Shown here: positions 44,286 through 52,866 of the stretch, in pieces
How the letters are laid out: each line of letters opens with the position of its first letter
Numbering within the stretch: position 1 is the stretch's first letter
Virus record (IMG/VR): IMGVR_UViG_3300005439_000018
Location: 13,297 to 77,296 of that record
Reading direction: 5' to 3' (one strand)
Source: a virus
Taxonomy: Duplodnaviria > Caudoviricetes
Length of the DNA stretch: 64,000 nucleotides
Made by a program: the position numbers and the translations under genes
Notes under the pieces: generated by a model
Told to the model about the DNA's origin: nothing
Seen by the model: the letters and a program-made list of their open reading frames with translations, nothing else
Database searches by the model: none

Positions 44286-45416
44286 GTGGCGGCCGACAGC
44301 TCCGGTAACACACCGGCCGAGCAGCAGGCCGTCACCTCCACCAAGCTGGAGAACGTGGCGGCGGTCGCTGCCATGCTTGCCCTGGAGCGCGAGGCCGTCA
44401 GTGCGGCCTCCGCCCCCCTGCGTACCGCGATCGCCAACATATTCCGCCTGATGGCCGGGCGGTACGTCATCCTCGCCGGTGCCCTGGACCGCCCGGCCAC
44501 GCCCGAGGTCACCCGCCAGCTGTCCGAGACTCTGGCCCTGGAGCTGGAGACCCTGCGGGCGATCGACCCCACCCCCGCACTGGAGAAGGCCGCCACCGAC
44601 GCCAGCCGCCTGGGGCTGGAATATGCAAACAGGCGCATGACAGACGCCTTCCCGGACACCACCCCCCACCCGCCCGAGGACACGGTCCGGTCCCCCGAGG
44701 TCGAGCAGCTGGTCCGGGAGGCCCCCGGCCGCATCTCCAAGGCGGTGGACGACGCCCAGGAGTTCGCCGAGGCGGTCCCGGCAGCCGACTGGGCGGGGGT
44801 GGTGCAGCAGGTGGGCAAGGCGGCCCAGGCCGCGACCAGCCTGGAGAAGACCACCGCGCAGGTGGTGGCCACGGCCCACAACGACAGCATCCAGTCGGTG
44901 GCCGCCGCCAAGGGGGCCCGCCTGCTGTGGGTGGCCGAGCCCGATGCGTGCGTGGTCTGCCTGGCCCTGTCCGGGCATCTGGCCGACCCGAACACCGGCG
45001 AGTGGTTCGACGAGGAGGCCACCTTCGGCAAGCCGGGGTCGGCCATGCGGGTGTGGCCCCCCGGCCAGCCGCTGAAGGGCCCGCCGCGCCACCCCCACTG
45101 CCGGTGCGTCCCCGAGCTGTGGTTCGGGGCGTCCCTGCCGGTGGGCCACCCCGGCGAGACCTCGCTGTACAACGCCCCGGACCTCGCAGCACAGGTCGAC
45201 CTGCCCGCCGCCCTGCGCCGCGAGGCCAAGCGGTCGGTCCTGTACGGCTGGTCCCTGCCGTCCGAGTCCGGCACTGTCCGGCTGAAGGCGGCCGAGCGGC
45301 TGCTGGCCAAGGGTGCCGGGCTGCCCAAGTCGGTCGAGGAGCGGGCCCGGAAGGCGGTCAAGGCCGGGAAGTTCGACAACCGGATACACCCGTCCAAGAG
45401 GACTGCGAAGCGGTAG
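44286..45416 (+). CDS. MuF-like minor head protein
   Basis: WVAEPDACVVC...PPRHPHCRC. Confidence 0.85.
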   Translation: MAADSSGNTPAEQQAVTSTKLENVAAVAAMLALEREAVSAASAPLRTAIANIFRLMAGRYVILAGALDRPATPEVTRQLSETLALELETLRAIDPTPALEKAATDASRLGLEYANRRMTDAFPDTTPHPPEDTVRSPEVEQLVREAPGRISKAVDDAQEFAEAVPAADWAGVVQQVGKAAQAATSLEKTTAQVVATAHNDSIQSVAAAKGARLLWVAEPDACVVCLALSGHLADPNTGEWFDEEATFGKPGSAMRVWPPGQPLKGPPRHPHCRCVPELWFGASLPVGHPGETSLYNAPDLAAQVDLPAALRREAKRSVLYGWSLPSESGTVRLKAAERLLAKGAGLPKSVEERARKAVKAGKFDNRIHPSKRTAKR

Positions 45417-45485
45417 TGTCGATGTTAAACTGGGTGCCAGTCCGTGGATGCGGGCAGTAAAGGTCCCAGTTGGGAGACACACGAC

Positions 45486-46325
45486 GTGAATCACCCCCGC
45501 CTGACGCCCGTTCCGGGCACCCCCATCGGCTACCTCGCCTCGGGACAGCCGGTGTATCCCTTTGCCGGGGCGTCCCCGGACGACGACACCCTGGAGGTCG
45601 GCCCCGACGACGAGCCGGACGACGTCGAAGACGAGCTCGAGGAGGACGACCCCTCGGACGATGAGAGGGAGTACCGGCCTCCGTCCCGCGCCGAGTGGGT
45701 CAAGGTGCAGGCGTCCCTGGTCAAGGCCAACGGGTCGGCCAAGCAGCGCCGGGAAGCCATGGCCGCCCTCCAGAAGCAGGTCGACGAGCTGCTGGCCGAG
45801 AAGGCCGAGCGCGAGACCGACGAGGAGCGCCGGGCCCTGGCGAAGGGGGCAGTGAAGCCCGGCGACAAGAAGAAGGCGGCGGGGGGTGGTGCAGCCCCGG
45901 TCCTGCCGGACGGCGTGTTTACCAAGACCCAGGTCCGCCAGCAGCTGGCCGCCGCCACCAAGGAGGCCGAGGAGCGCGTCGAGGGCAAGTACCGGGACAT
46001 CGCCGTGAAGTCGGCGGCCCGGGCGGCCCTGTCCGAGGCCGGTGTCCAGGGCGGTGGTGTCTCCCGGCTGGTCAAGCTGCTGGACCTGCACGCGGTCGAG
46101 CTGGACGAGGACGGCGACGTGTCCGCCGGGCTCGACGAGCAGATCGAGGAGCTGAAGCAGGAGTTCCCCCAGCTGTTCAAGGAGCCCGAGCCGGTGCGCC
46201 CGGTGCGGCGGAGGGCCGCCGCGCCCCGGGGTGCGAACGGCGCCGGTCGCGAGGCGCTGCCGGAGGACACCGTCCGCCTGTCGACCGCTGAGAAGATCGC
46301 GCGCCAGGCGTTGGGCAGCAGGTAG
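45486..46325 (+). CDS. Scaffolding protein
   Basis: Acidic coiled coil ending P.LF; directly before the capsid gene. Confidence 0.8.
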   Translation: MNHPRLTPVPGTPIGYLASGQPVYPFAGASPDDDTLEVGPDDEPDDVEDELEEDDPSDDEREYRPPSRAEWVKVQASLVKANGSAKQRREAMAALQKQVDELLAEKAERETDEERRALAKGAVKPGDKKKAAGGGAAPVLPDGVFTKTQVRQQLAAATKEAEERVEGKYRDIAVKSAARAALSEAGVQGGGVSRLVKLLDLHAVELDEDGDVSAGLDEQIEELKQEFPQLFKEPEPVRPVRRRAAAPRGANGAGREALPEDTVRLSTAEKIARQALGSR

Positions 46326-46438
46326 TGGCACCCCAGATGTTGACGTGGTAACATAGTACCAGCCTGCGGATGCGGGTGGATTGACCTGGATCGGTCAAAG
46401 AAACAGACAATCCACCCACACCCCAGGAGGGACGCGGA

Positions 46439-47488
46439 ATGTTCCGCATCAACCTGCTGGCGTCCGGACCGGCTGTCGCGCCCAAGACGCTGATCGGTTA
46501 CCTGGACTCCGGCGCGCCGGTCTTCGCACTCGCGGGTGGCGCCCGCGACACGATGGAAGCGTGGATCCCCGAGGAGTTCGACTCCCAGGTGATCATGCGC
46601 GTGAACCAGATCTCCGGCGTCGAGGCGCTCGGATCCCCGGTTCCGATGAACTCCGAGACCCGCTCCGTGCCGCGTTCGGCCGGTGTCGGCGTGGCTCTGG
46701 TCGCCAAGGGCGGCACCTACAGCGAGGACCAGTCGGTCAACGACTCGGTCATCCTGTCGGCCCAGAAGTTCGGCCAGGCCGTCCGCATCGCGGAAGAGGA
46801 CATCGACGACTCAATCGCCGACGTCATCGCCACGAAGCAGAAGGACTGGGCGACCTCGTACGGCAAGATGTTCGACAACGCCTGCCTGGCCACGTCGGCC
46901 GCTGCGGGCGCGGGCGTCCCGTTCAACAGCGTGTACTACTCGCTGACCCAGTCGAACTCGAACACCGGCTACACGGCCAACTCGAACCTGACCCAGACGG
47001 GTAGCGCGGGCACCACCTACGCCACCCTGTCCCAGTCCCTGGGCAACGTCGAGCGCGGCAACTACTTCGACATCTCGGAGATGGTCTGCCTCGCGCACCC
47101 GGCGTACCGCAACCTGCTGCGGAACATCAAGGACTCCAACCAGCGCCCGATCTTCCAGGAGTCGAGCGCGGGCTTCCCCGGCGGCGGCATGGCCGCCAGC
47201 CCGGACACGATCTTCGGTATCCCGATCCACTGGTCCCTGGGCGCGATGACCTCCGCCACGGCGACGCCGACCCCGACCGGCAACCCGCTGCTGATCTGGG
47301 CGAACCGGAACTACATGATCGTCGGCCGCCGCTCCGGCCCGGAGTCGGTGTTCATCGACGGCCGCAACGGTCTGTCGGCCCTCACCGACGAGTCGATCCT
47401 GAAGATGCGCGCCCGGCGCGCCTTCGCGGTCGGCCACGAGGCCGCGTTCTCGGTCCACGAGGACAACTCCGGCAACATCAACCTCTGA
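46439..47488 (+). CDS. Major capsid protein (HK97 fold)
   Basis: Position, size and motifs (KFG.AVRIAEE.I.DS, TIFGIP). Confidence 0.88.
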   Translation: MFRINLLASGPAVAPKTLIGYLDSGAPVFALAGGARDTMEAWIPEEFDSQVIMRVNQISGVEALGSPVPMNSETRSVPRSAGVGVALVAKGGTYSEDQSVNDSVILSAQKFGQAVRIAEEDIDDSIADVIATKQKDWATSYGKMFDNACLATSAAAGAGVPFNSVYYSLTQSNSNTGYTANSNLTQTGSAGTTYATLSQSLGNVERGNYFDISEMVCLAHPAYRNLLRNIKDSNQRPIFQESSAGFPGGGMAASPDTIFGIPIHWSLGAMTSATATPTPTGNPLLIWANRNYMIVGRRSGPESVFIDGRNGLSALTDESILKMRARRAFAVGHEAAFSVHEDNSGNINL

Positions 47489-47568
47489 TCGGGGCCGTCC
47501 TAGACGGCGGGCGGCGCCTTCAGGCGGGTCGCCGCCCGCTCCCCGGTCCTCCAGAAACGGAGACCCTC

Positions 47569-48021
47569 ATGGCAGATTTCACCGGCGGGCAGTTCCCCTC
47601 TCTCGACGGCAATCCCGAAGCCGAAGTGGCCCAGCGCACCGAGCTGCCGACCGAGGGCAGCTGGTTCCGCAAGCAGTTCGTCGTGCACAACCGGTCCCAC
47701 ACCCGGGACCTGTCGGAGGACCACGAGGTCCATCTGGCCAACCTCGGGTCGGTCCTCCAGGATGCGCTCCAGCGCGGGCTGCACCCCAAGGACGCCCCGG
47801 AGCTGGAATCCGAGGACGACCACGACTGGGAGAAGGACACCACCGTCCTGACCTACCGGGTCCCCGTGGTCCCGGCGGTCGCCGACGACCACCCGGAGAC
47901 CACCGTCACGCCCTCGGTGCTGGCCTGGGCGCTGGCCCAGCGGGCCGGTCACGACCAGGACGAGCCGGTCATCGCCCCGGTCCCCGAGCCCAAGGCTTCC
48001 GCTGAGGAGCCGACGGAGTGA
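47569..48021 (+). CDS. Hypothetical virion-module protein
   Basis: GGAG RBS; acidic. Confidence 0.65.
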   Translation: MADFTGGQFPSLDGNPEAEVAQRTELPTEGSWFRKQFVVHNRSHTRDLSEDHEVHLANLGSVLQDALQRGLHPKDAPELESEDDHDWEKDTTVLTYRVPVVPAVADDHPETTVTPSVLAWALAQRAGHDQDEPVIAPVPEPKASAEEPTE

Positions 48022-48857
48022 CCCTCTCGACCAACCAGGGTGCGACGGCGGTCGTCCAGTCCTCCTGGTCGGTCGGCGGCGTCCCCACCGACGTCAGCAA
48101 CCTGACCGTGGCCGTGTCGGCCGTGTCCGACGGGTCCCCGGTCGTCTCTCCCACCGCCTCAGGCATCTACCACGCCAGCACCGGCGAGTACACCTTCAGC
48201 TGGGCCGTGCCCACCACCCAGGCGGTCGGCGACTATCTGGCCACCTGGTCCGGGACGCTGGCGGGGGTAGCGTCCACCCAGCAGGTGGTGGTCACGGTCC
48301 AGGATACGAACTTCGGGTTCCCCAGCTTCCTGACCTGGTGCGACATCTCCCTGACCGAGGGCCCCATGGACAACCGGGGCACGATCCACGCGGTCGACCC
48401 GGTGGCCTGGGTCAAGTCCGTCACCGGCCAGACCCTGACGATGGACAGCATCAACCAGGGGCAGCAGGTCCTGAACCTGTACAGCAACTATACCCCGGAG
48501 TCCAGCGGGTTCAACATGCAGCCGTTCGACCTGCTGTGGCTGCGGTACGGGCTGGCCTATCAGTCCACCTGGATGACCCAGCAGCCGGGCCTGCTGTACC
48601 GTGCCGGGGTTACCTCGATCTCCCAGGACGGGCTGTCCACCAACTTCGCCGACGCGCGGGCCATCATGCTGGCCCCGTTGGCGGTCCGCGCCCTCAAGCA
48701 GCTGTCCTGGCAGAAGTCCCGCTCCCTGCGGGTGCGCGTCCCGTTCATCGACGACCAGACGCCGATGTCCTCCGACCCGGACGCCGAGGCCAACGACCTG
48801 TACGAGCGCTGGGTGGACATGTACAACTTCGGGTATCGCGGATCGTCGGTCCCGTAA
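48018..48857 (+). CDS. Head-tail adaptor with an N-terminal Ig-like domain
   Basis: Beta-rich N-domain (GEYTFSW...GDYLATW), then an adaptor-like S.SQDG.S...APLA.RAL..L.W. Confidence 0.65.
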   Translation: MTLSTNQGATAVVQSSWSVGGVPTDVSNLTVAVSAVSDGSPVVSPTASGIYHASTGEYTFSWAVPTTQAVGDYLATWSGTLAGVASTQQVVVTVQDTNFGFPSFLTWCDISLTEGPMDNRGTIHAVDPVAWVKSVTGQTLTMDSINQGQQVLNLYSNYTPESSGFNMQPFDLLWLRYGLAYQSTWMTQQPGLLYRAGVTSISQDGLSTNFADARAIMLAPLAVRALKQLSWQKSRSLRVRVPFIDDQTPMSSDPDAEANDLYERWVDMYNFGYRGSSVP

Positions 48858-49264
48858 TGGGCCGCTCCGCCGACGCCATCGCCCTGCGCGAGCAGGTCTA
48901 CCAGCAGATGCTCCGCAAGTTCCCGCCGGACTCGATCGCCTGGGTCCGGCAGGTCCGCTGGTCCGGTCCCGCCCAGGTCCCGCTGTCCGATATCGACAGC
49001 ACCGGCCGGGACAGCTGGCGTGCCAGCCACGAGCCCGCCGGGGTCGAGGAGCACCGCCGCAAGGAGGCGTCCGGCACCGCCCGCCCGATCGTCCTGGTAC
49101 AGCCCCCCGGCGGCCGGAAGACGATCGTGGACGGCCATCACCGGTTCCTGGGGGCCGAGCAGAACGGGCAGTCCGCCATCCTGGCCTGGACGGCCTCGGT
49201 GCCTGCCGCGACCGGCCCGTGGACCGAGACCCACTCGTCCCAGAAGGGCGGCCCGAGCAACTGA
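48857..49264 (+). CDS. ParB/Srx-like N-terminal domain protein
   Basis: PIVLV...IVDGHHR. Confidence 0.75.
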   Translation: MGRSADAIALREQVYQQMLRKFPPDSIAWVRQVRWSGPAQVPLSDIDSTGRDSWRASHEPAGVEEHRRKEASGTARPIVLVQPPGGRKTIVDGHHRFLGAEQNGQSAILAWTASVPAATGPWTETHSSQKGGPSN

Positions 49265-49593
49265 TGCAGGCAATCCCCACCACCACGGTCAGCATCCTGC
49301 GCGGTACCACCGAGACCGACGCGGGCGACATCGTGGACAGCCTCACCCCCAGGTACACCGGCATCCCGGCCTCGATCATGGAGCGGACCCGGAACGGCAT
49401 CGACTCGGTCAGCTTCGAACCCCGGGTGTACCGCTACACCACCTGCCGCCTCCCGTCGGGCACCGACGTCCTGGACACCGACCTGATCCTGGACGAGCGA
49501 ACCGGCAAGCAGTACTCCATCTCGGCCGTCTCCCGGCTGGGGTCGTTCGTGCACGTCCCGGACCTGCGGCTGGACCTCCAGTACGTCAACTGA
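49264..49593 (+). CDS. Head-tail stopper
   Basis: Position; beta-rich; LP.GTDV...D.I.D. Confidence 0.65.
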   Translation: MQAIPTTTVSILRGTTETDAGDIVDSLTPRYTGIPASIMERTRNGIDSVSFEPRVYRYTTCRLPSGTDVLDTDLILDERTGKQYSISAVSRLGSFVHVPDLRLDLQYVN

Positions 49594-49652
49594 CACCACC
49601 CCCCTCTCCGGTGTACAATTAACCTGAACTTCACCGACCGAGGGAGACCCCG

Positions 49653-49877
49653 ATGGCCAGCATCCCGAACCTGGGTACCCGCGACCCCCTGAACGCCGAC
49701 CGCAAGGCGGGCAACGCCAGCAACGGCGTGACCCCCGGCTCGTCGGCCAAACTCCTGAAGGGCGGCGGCTCGATCGGCGGCGCCCAGGAGGCGGGCCACC
49801 AGCCGTCGAAGAAGGCCCACCCCCAGGGCCCGTTCGTCGACCGCGACGGCAACCGCTTCCGGATGCCGAGCTGCTGA
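49653..49877 (+). CDS. Small Gly-rich protein
   Basis: GGGAG RBS; TACAAT upstream. Confidence 0.5.
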   Translation: MASIPNLGTRDPLNADRKAGNASNGVTPGSSAKLLKGGGSIGGAQEAGHQPSKKAHPQGPFVDRDGNRFRMPSC

Positions 49878-49977
49878 GCGACGCCCGCACCACAACTGAA
49901 CCGCACTGCTGCGCCGCCCCCGTTCGACCGGAGTAGATCCGGGAGGGGGGTGGTGTAGCCACCCGACGTAGAGGAGG

Positions 49978-50349
49978 GTGTGGCAGGTGGCCACCGAGCT
50001 GCACTTTGAGGATGACTGGTTTGACCAGTTCGCCATGCCCGCGATCAACCAGGCGGTCATGAAGGTCACCGTCGCTGTCCGCGACGACGCTCGGAAGGTC
50101 TGCCCCGTCGACACCGGCGCCCTGAAGGCGTCGCTGGTCGCCCTCAACTCCGGGATCGGCCAGGGACGCGTCGCGTCCCATATGCCGTATGCCGCCGCCG
50201 TCGAGCTCGGGTTCAACGGCGTGGTGACGGTGCGGGCCCACATGCGCAACGGCCACCCGGTGCGCGAGCACACGGCCCACATGAACACCCCGGCCCAGCC
50301 GTACCTGCGCCCGTCGCTGTACCGCAAGCGCGACCTCGGGGACCTGTGA
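49978..50349 (+). CDS. HK97 gp10-like neck protein
   Basis: A..VCPVDTGALKAS...YAAAVELG...AQPYLRP. Confidence 0.85.
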   Translation: MWQVATELHFEDDWFDQFAMPAINQAVMKVTVAVRDDARKVCPVDTGALKASLVALNSGIGQGRVASHMPYAAAVELGFNGVVTVRAHMRNGHPVREHTAHMNTPAQPYLRPSLYRKRDLGDL

Positions 50350-50816
50350 TGGCCACCCGCCGAGCGAACACCGACCTGGTTGCCGGTCTATGGCTGGCCA
50401 GCCTGCCCGGCCTGAGCGCCAGCATGGTCGGCACTGTCGTCCCCGAAGGCGCCGAGAAGAATCCGGACCTGATCGCCAGCGGGTTCGTCGAATACTTCAC
50501 CGTGGGCGGCACCCCCGACATGTACGTGCCCGAGCGCCAGCCGGTGCTCCAGGTCAAGACCTACGGGTTCCCCGTCAAGACCGGCTCCCGGCGCCCGCAG
50601 CGGGCCCTGGCCAACGACCTGGCCGAGGCCATCGTGCACGCGTGCCAGGACCCGGCCAGCTTCAACGCCCGGCTGATCCTGCCCAACGACCGGTTCCCGG
50701 CCCGGGTCCAGCAGGCCCACGCACTGTCCGAGCCCCGGCCGGTGCCCGACGACCGGGGCTACTGGGCCGTCTACCAATTCGATCTCCAGATCTACTGGGT
50801 GGAGCTTCCGTCATGA
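50349..50816 (+). CDS. Tail terminator
   Basis: Position; PVLQV.TY and YQFDLQI. Confidence 0.7.
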   Translation: MATRRANTDLVAGLWLASLPGLSASMVGTVVPEGAEKNPDLIASGFVEYFTVGGTPDMYVPERQPVLQVKTYGFPVKTGSRRPQRALANDLAEAIVHACQDPASFNARLILPNDRFPARVQQAHALSEPRPVPDDRGYWAVYQFDLQIYWVELPS

Positions 50817-51046
50817 GCACCAGCAAGCGCCGGTTCGTAATCATCGGGCCGGTCAGCCGCCAGCCCGCCAGCCTGAACGGCCGGATCCTGGTCCACAACA
50901 GCCGCCCGGAGATGGAGTTCCTGTTCCCTGGGTCGGAGATCCGGGAGATCGGGCCCGACCTGCCGGAAGCCGACACCATGTCCATCAAGGACCACCCCGA
51001 CCTGGTGTCGGTCCAGTGGCCGCTGCGGCGCGAGGACTTCCGATGA
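50813..51046 (+). CDS. Hypothetical protein
   Basis: Coupled ORF. Confidence 0.55.
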   Translation: MSTSKRRFVIIGPVSRQPASLNGRILVHNSRPEMEFLFPGSEIREIGPDLPEADTMSIKDHPDLVSVQWPLRREDFR

Positions 51047-51225
51047 CCCGCACGATCCGTATCACGATGCGGCCCGACCAGCCGGTCGAGGTCACCGACC
51101 AAGAATTCCAGGACCTGACCCGCATGGGGGTGGTCCTGCCGGAGACCGCCGAGGAGGTGACCAGCAGTGGCCAAGAAGAGCCCGAAGATCACGGCGTCGA
51201 AGCGCCGGGGCCTGAAGACGTCTGA
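51043..51225 (+). CDS. Hypothetical protein
   Basis: Coupled ORF. Confidence 0.5.
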   Translation: MTRTIRITMRPDQPVEVTDQEFQDLTRMGVVLPETAEEVTSSGQEEPEDHGVEAPGPEDV

Positions 51226-51412
51226 CTTCGCCCTCCCGGGCAAGGACAAGGACGTCAAGGGGGCCAAGGGAACATACCCGATCGACACCCCCGGCCGCGC
51301 CCGCGCCGCGCTCGGGAGAGCGACCCAGTTCGCCAGCCCGGCGCAGCAGGCGACGATCAAGAAGCGCGTCGCCAAGAAGTACCCCGGCGTCAAGATAGCC
51401 AAGAAGAAGTAG
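51167..51412 (+). CDS. Small basic protein (DUF6582-like)
   Basis: DFALP...YPIDT..RARAAL.R...I...V...YP. Confidence 0.6.
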   Translation: MAKKSPKITASKRRGLKTSDFALPGKDKDVKGAKGTYPIDTPGRARAALGRATQFASPAQQATIKKRVAKKYPGVKIAKKK

Positions 51413-51474
51413 CACCCCACACCACCCCCCGTGCCTGAACCGCCTGTCGGGCCGCAACCAAACGAGGAGTACCG

Positions 51475-52050
51475 GTGTCCGTCACCGTAACCAACCTGAT
51501 CCTCGGCCCCGGCACGCTGTACTCCGGTCTGTTCGGGGCCGTGGAACCGCTCGATTCCGCCGTCAACCTGGCGCCCCCGTCGTCCTCCTGGACCGACGTT
51601 GGCGGCACGCTGAACGGCATCACCCTGTCGGTGGACCAGCAGTACACCGAGCTGATGGTCGACCAGCTGGTCGACTCGATCGGCCGCCGCCTCACCAAGC
51701 GCGAGTTCAGCATCACCACCCAGATGGCCGAGCCCACGCTGGCCAACCTGTCGATCGCGCTGAACGGGTCCACCCAGACCTCCGGCGCGGTCACCTCCGG
51801 CGGCCAGTACCAGACCCTGGAGCCGCTGTTCGCCACGTCGGCCACCCAGCCGACGTACATCGCCCTGTGCCTCGACGGATACGCGCCCGCCTCGTTCCGG
51901 CGCCGCGTGATCGTCCGCCGGGCCCTGTCGACCGCCAAGGTCGACACCGTGATGGACAAGTCCAAGCAGACCGTGTTCACCGTGAACTTCGCCGGACACT
52001 ACGTCAGCTCGGCCATCGCTCCCTTCCACATGGTCGACCAGACCTCCTGA
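51475..52050 (+). CDS. Major tail protein
   Basis: GPG.LY.G...W.DVG.T..GI.L; position before the chaperones. Confidence 0.85.
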   Translation: MSVTVTNLILGPGTLYSGLFGAVEPLDSAVNLAPPSSSWTDVGGTLNGITLSVDQQYTELMVDQLVDSIGRRLTKREFSITTQMAEPTLANLSIALNGSTQTSGAVTSGGQYQTLEPLFATSATQPTYIALCLDGYAPASFRRRVIVRRALSTAKVDTVMDKSKQTVFTVNFAGHYVSSAIAPFHMVDQTS

Positions 52051-52068
52051 GAATAGGACCCGCCTGAG

Positions 52069-52497
52069 ATGGCTACCGCCGCCAAGAAGTCCGCCGCCGC
52101 CCTGCCCCGCAAGGCCGTGGCCCCGCGCCAGCCGACCGACCGCCCGCGCAAGCGGGCGGCGGTCCAGGACCTGCCCATGCCCGAGGTTGAGGTGCTGGTG
52201 CTCTCCTCGGAGGACGCCCCGGCCGAGCCGGACCTGGTCGAGGTCTTCCGGCTGGACGGCAAGCCGTACCACATCGACCGGAACATCGGCGCTGGTGTGG
52301 CCCTGCGGCTGCTGAAGGCCATGAAGAACGAGGGCGAGAACGCGGCCCTCGGCGGATTCCTGGTGGAGGTGCTGGGGGACGAGGCGTTCGACGCGTTCGC
52401 CAGCTTCCCCGGCGTGACGGTCACGCAGATGGCCCAGGTCATGCAGACCTGTGTCACCGCCCTGATGGGGGACGCCAAGACGGGCCCAAAAGCCTGA
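52069..52497 (+). CDS. Tail assembly chaperone G
   Basis: Position; ends at a slippery site. Confidence 0.8.
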   Translation: MATAAKKSAAALPRKAVAPRQPTDRPRKRAAVQDLPMPEVEVLVLSSEDAPAEPDLVEVFRLDGKPYHIDRNIGAGVALRLLKAMKNEGENAALGGFLVEVLGDEAFDAFASFPGVTVTQMAQVMQTCVTALMGDAKTGPKA

Positions 52498-52853
52498 TCC
52501 TGCCCCGCCTGGCGGAGCTGCTGTGGGTGGTAGACATCGAAGGTGACGTGGCCTCGGACCTGTCCGTGTATCACCGGGTCGACGACATGCACGGCATGGG
52601 GTCGAGGCGGTGGGCGCAGCTGGTTCCGAGGCTGCCGTACTACCAGGGCGCCGTCTGGGTCTGCTCGCAGGCCCAGGCGCAGGCCCCGGAAGCCCCTCCG
52701 GCGACACGAGAGGGGGCGGGGGGTGGTGTAGCGCCCGAGCCCGCCTTCGTGGCTCCGGCAGGCCCGTGGAAGGCGGACACGGTGGTGGAGTCCACCCGCG
52801 CGGCGCTGGCGTTCTCGGACATCGGCGACATGTTCAGTTGGGGAACGCCCTAG
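52485..52853 (+). CDS. Tail assembly chaperone GT extension via -1 frameshift
   Basis: C-CCA-AAA heptamer at 52485-52491; the -1 frame stays open to 52853 (D.SVYHR.DD...LPYYQGA). Confidence 0.75.
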   Translation, partial: PKSLILPRLAELLWVVDIEGDVASDLSVYHRVDDMHGMGSRRWAQLVPRLPYYQGAVWVCSQAQAQAPEAPPATREGAGGGVAPEPAFVAPAGPWKADTVVESTRAALAFSDIGDMFSWGTP

Positions 52854-52866
52854 GAGGGGTACGCAC

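Noticed and set aside
46378-46400. TTGAC-N8-GTCAA before the capsid gene as another operator copy
   Set aside because: The spacing is 8 rather than 5, and no matching -10 box lies at 17-18 nt.
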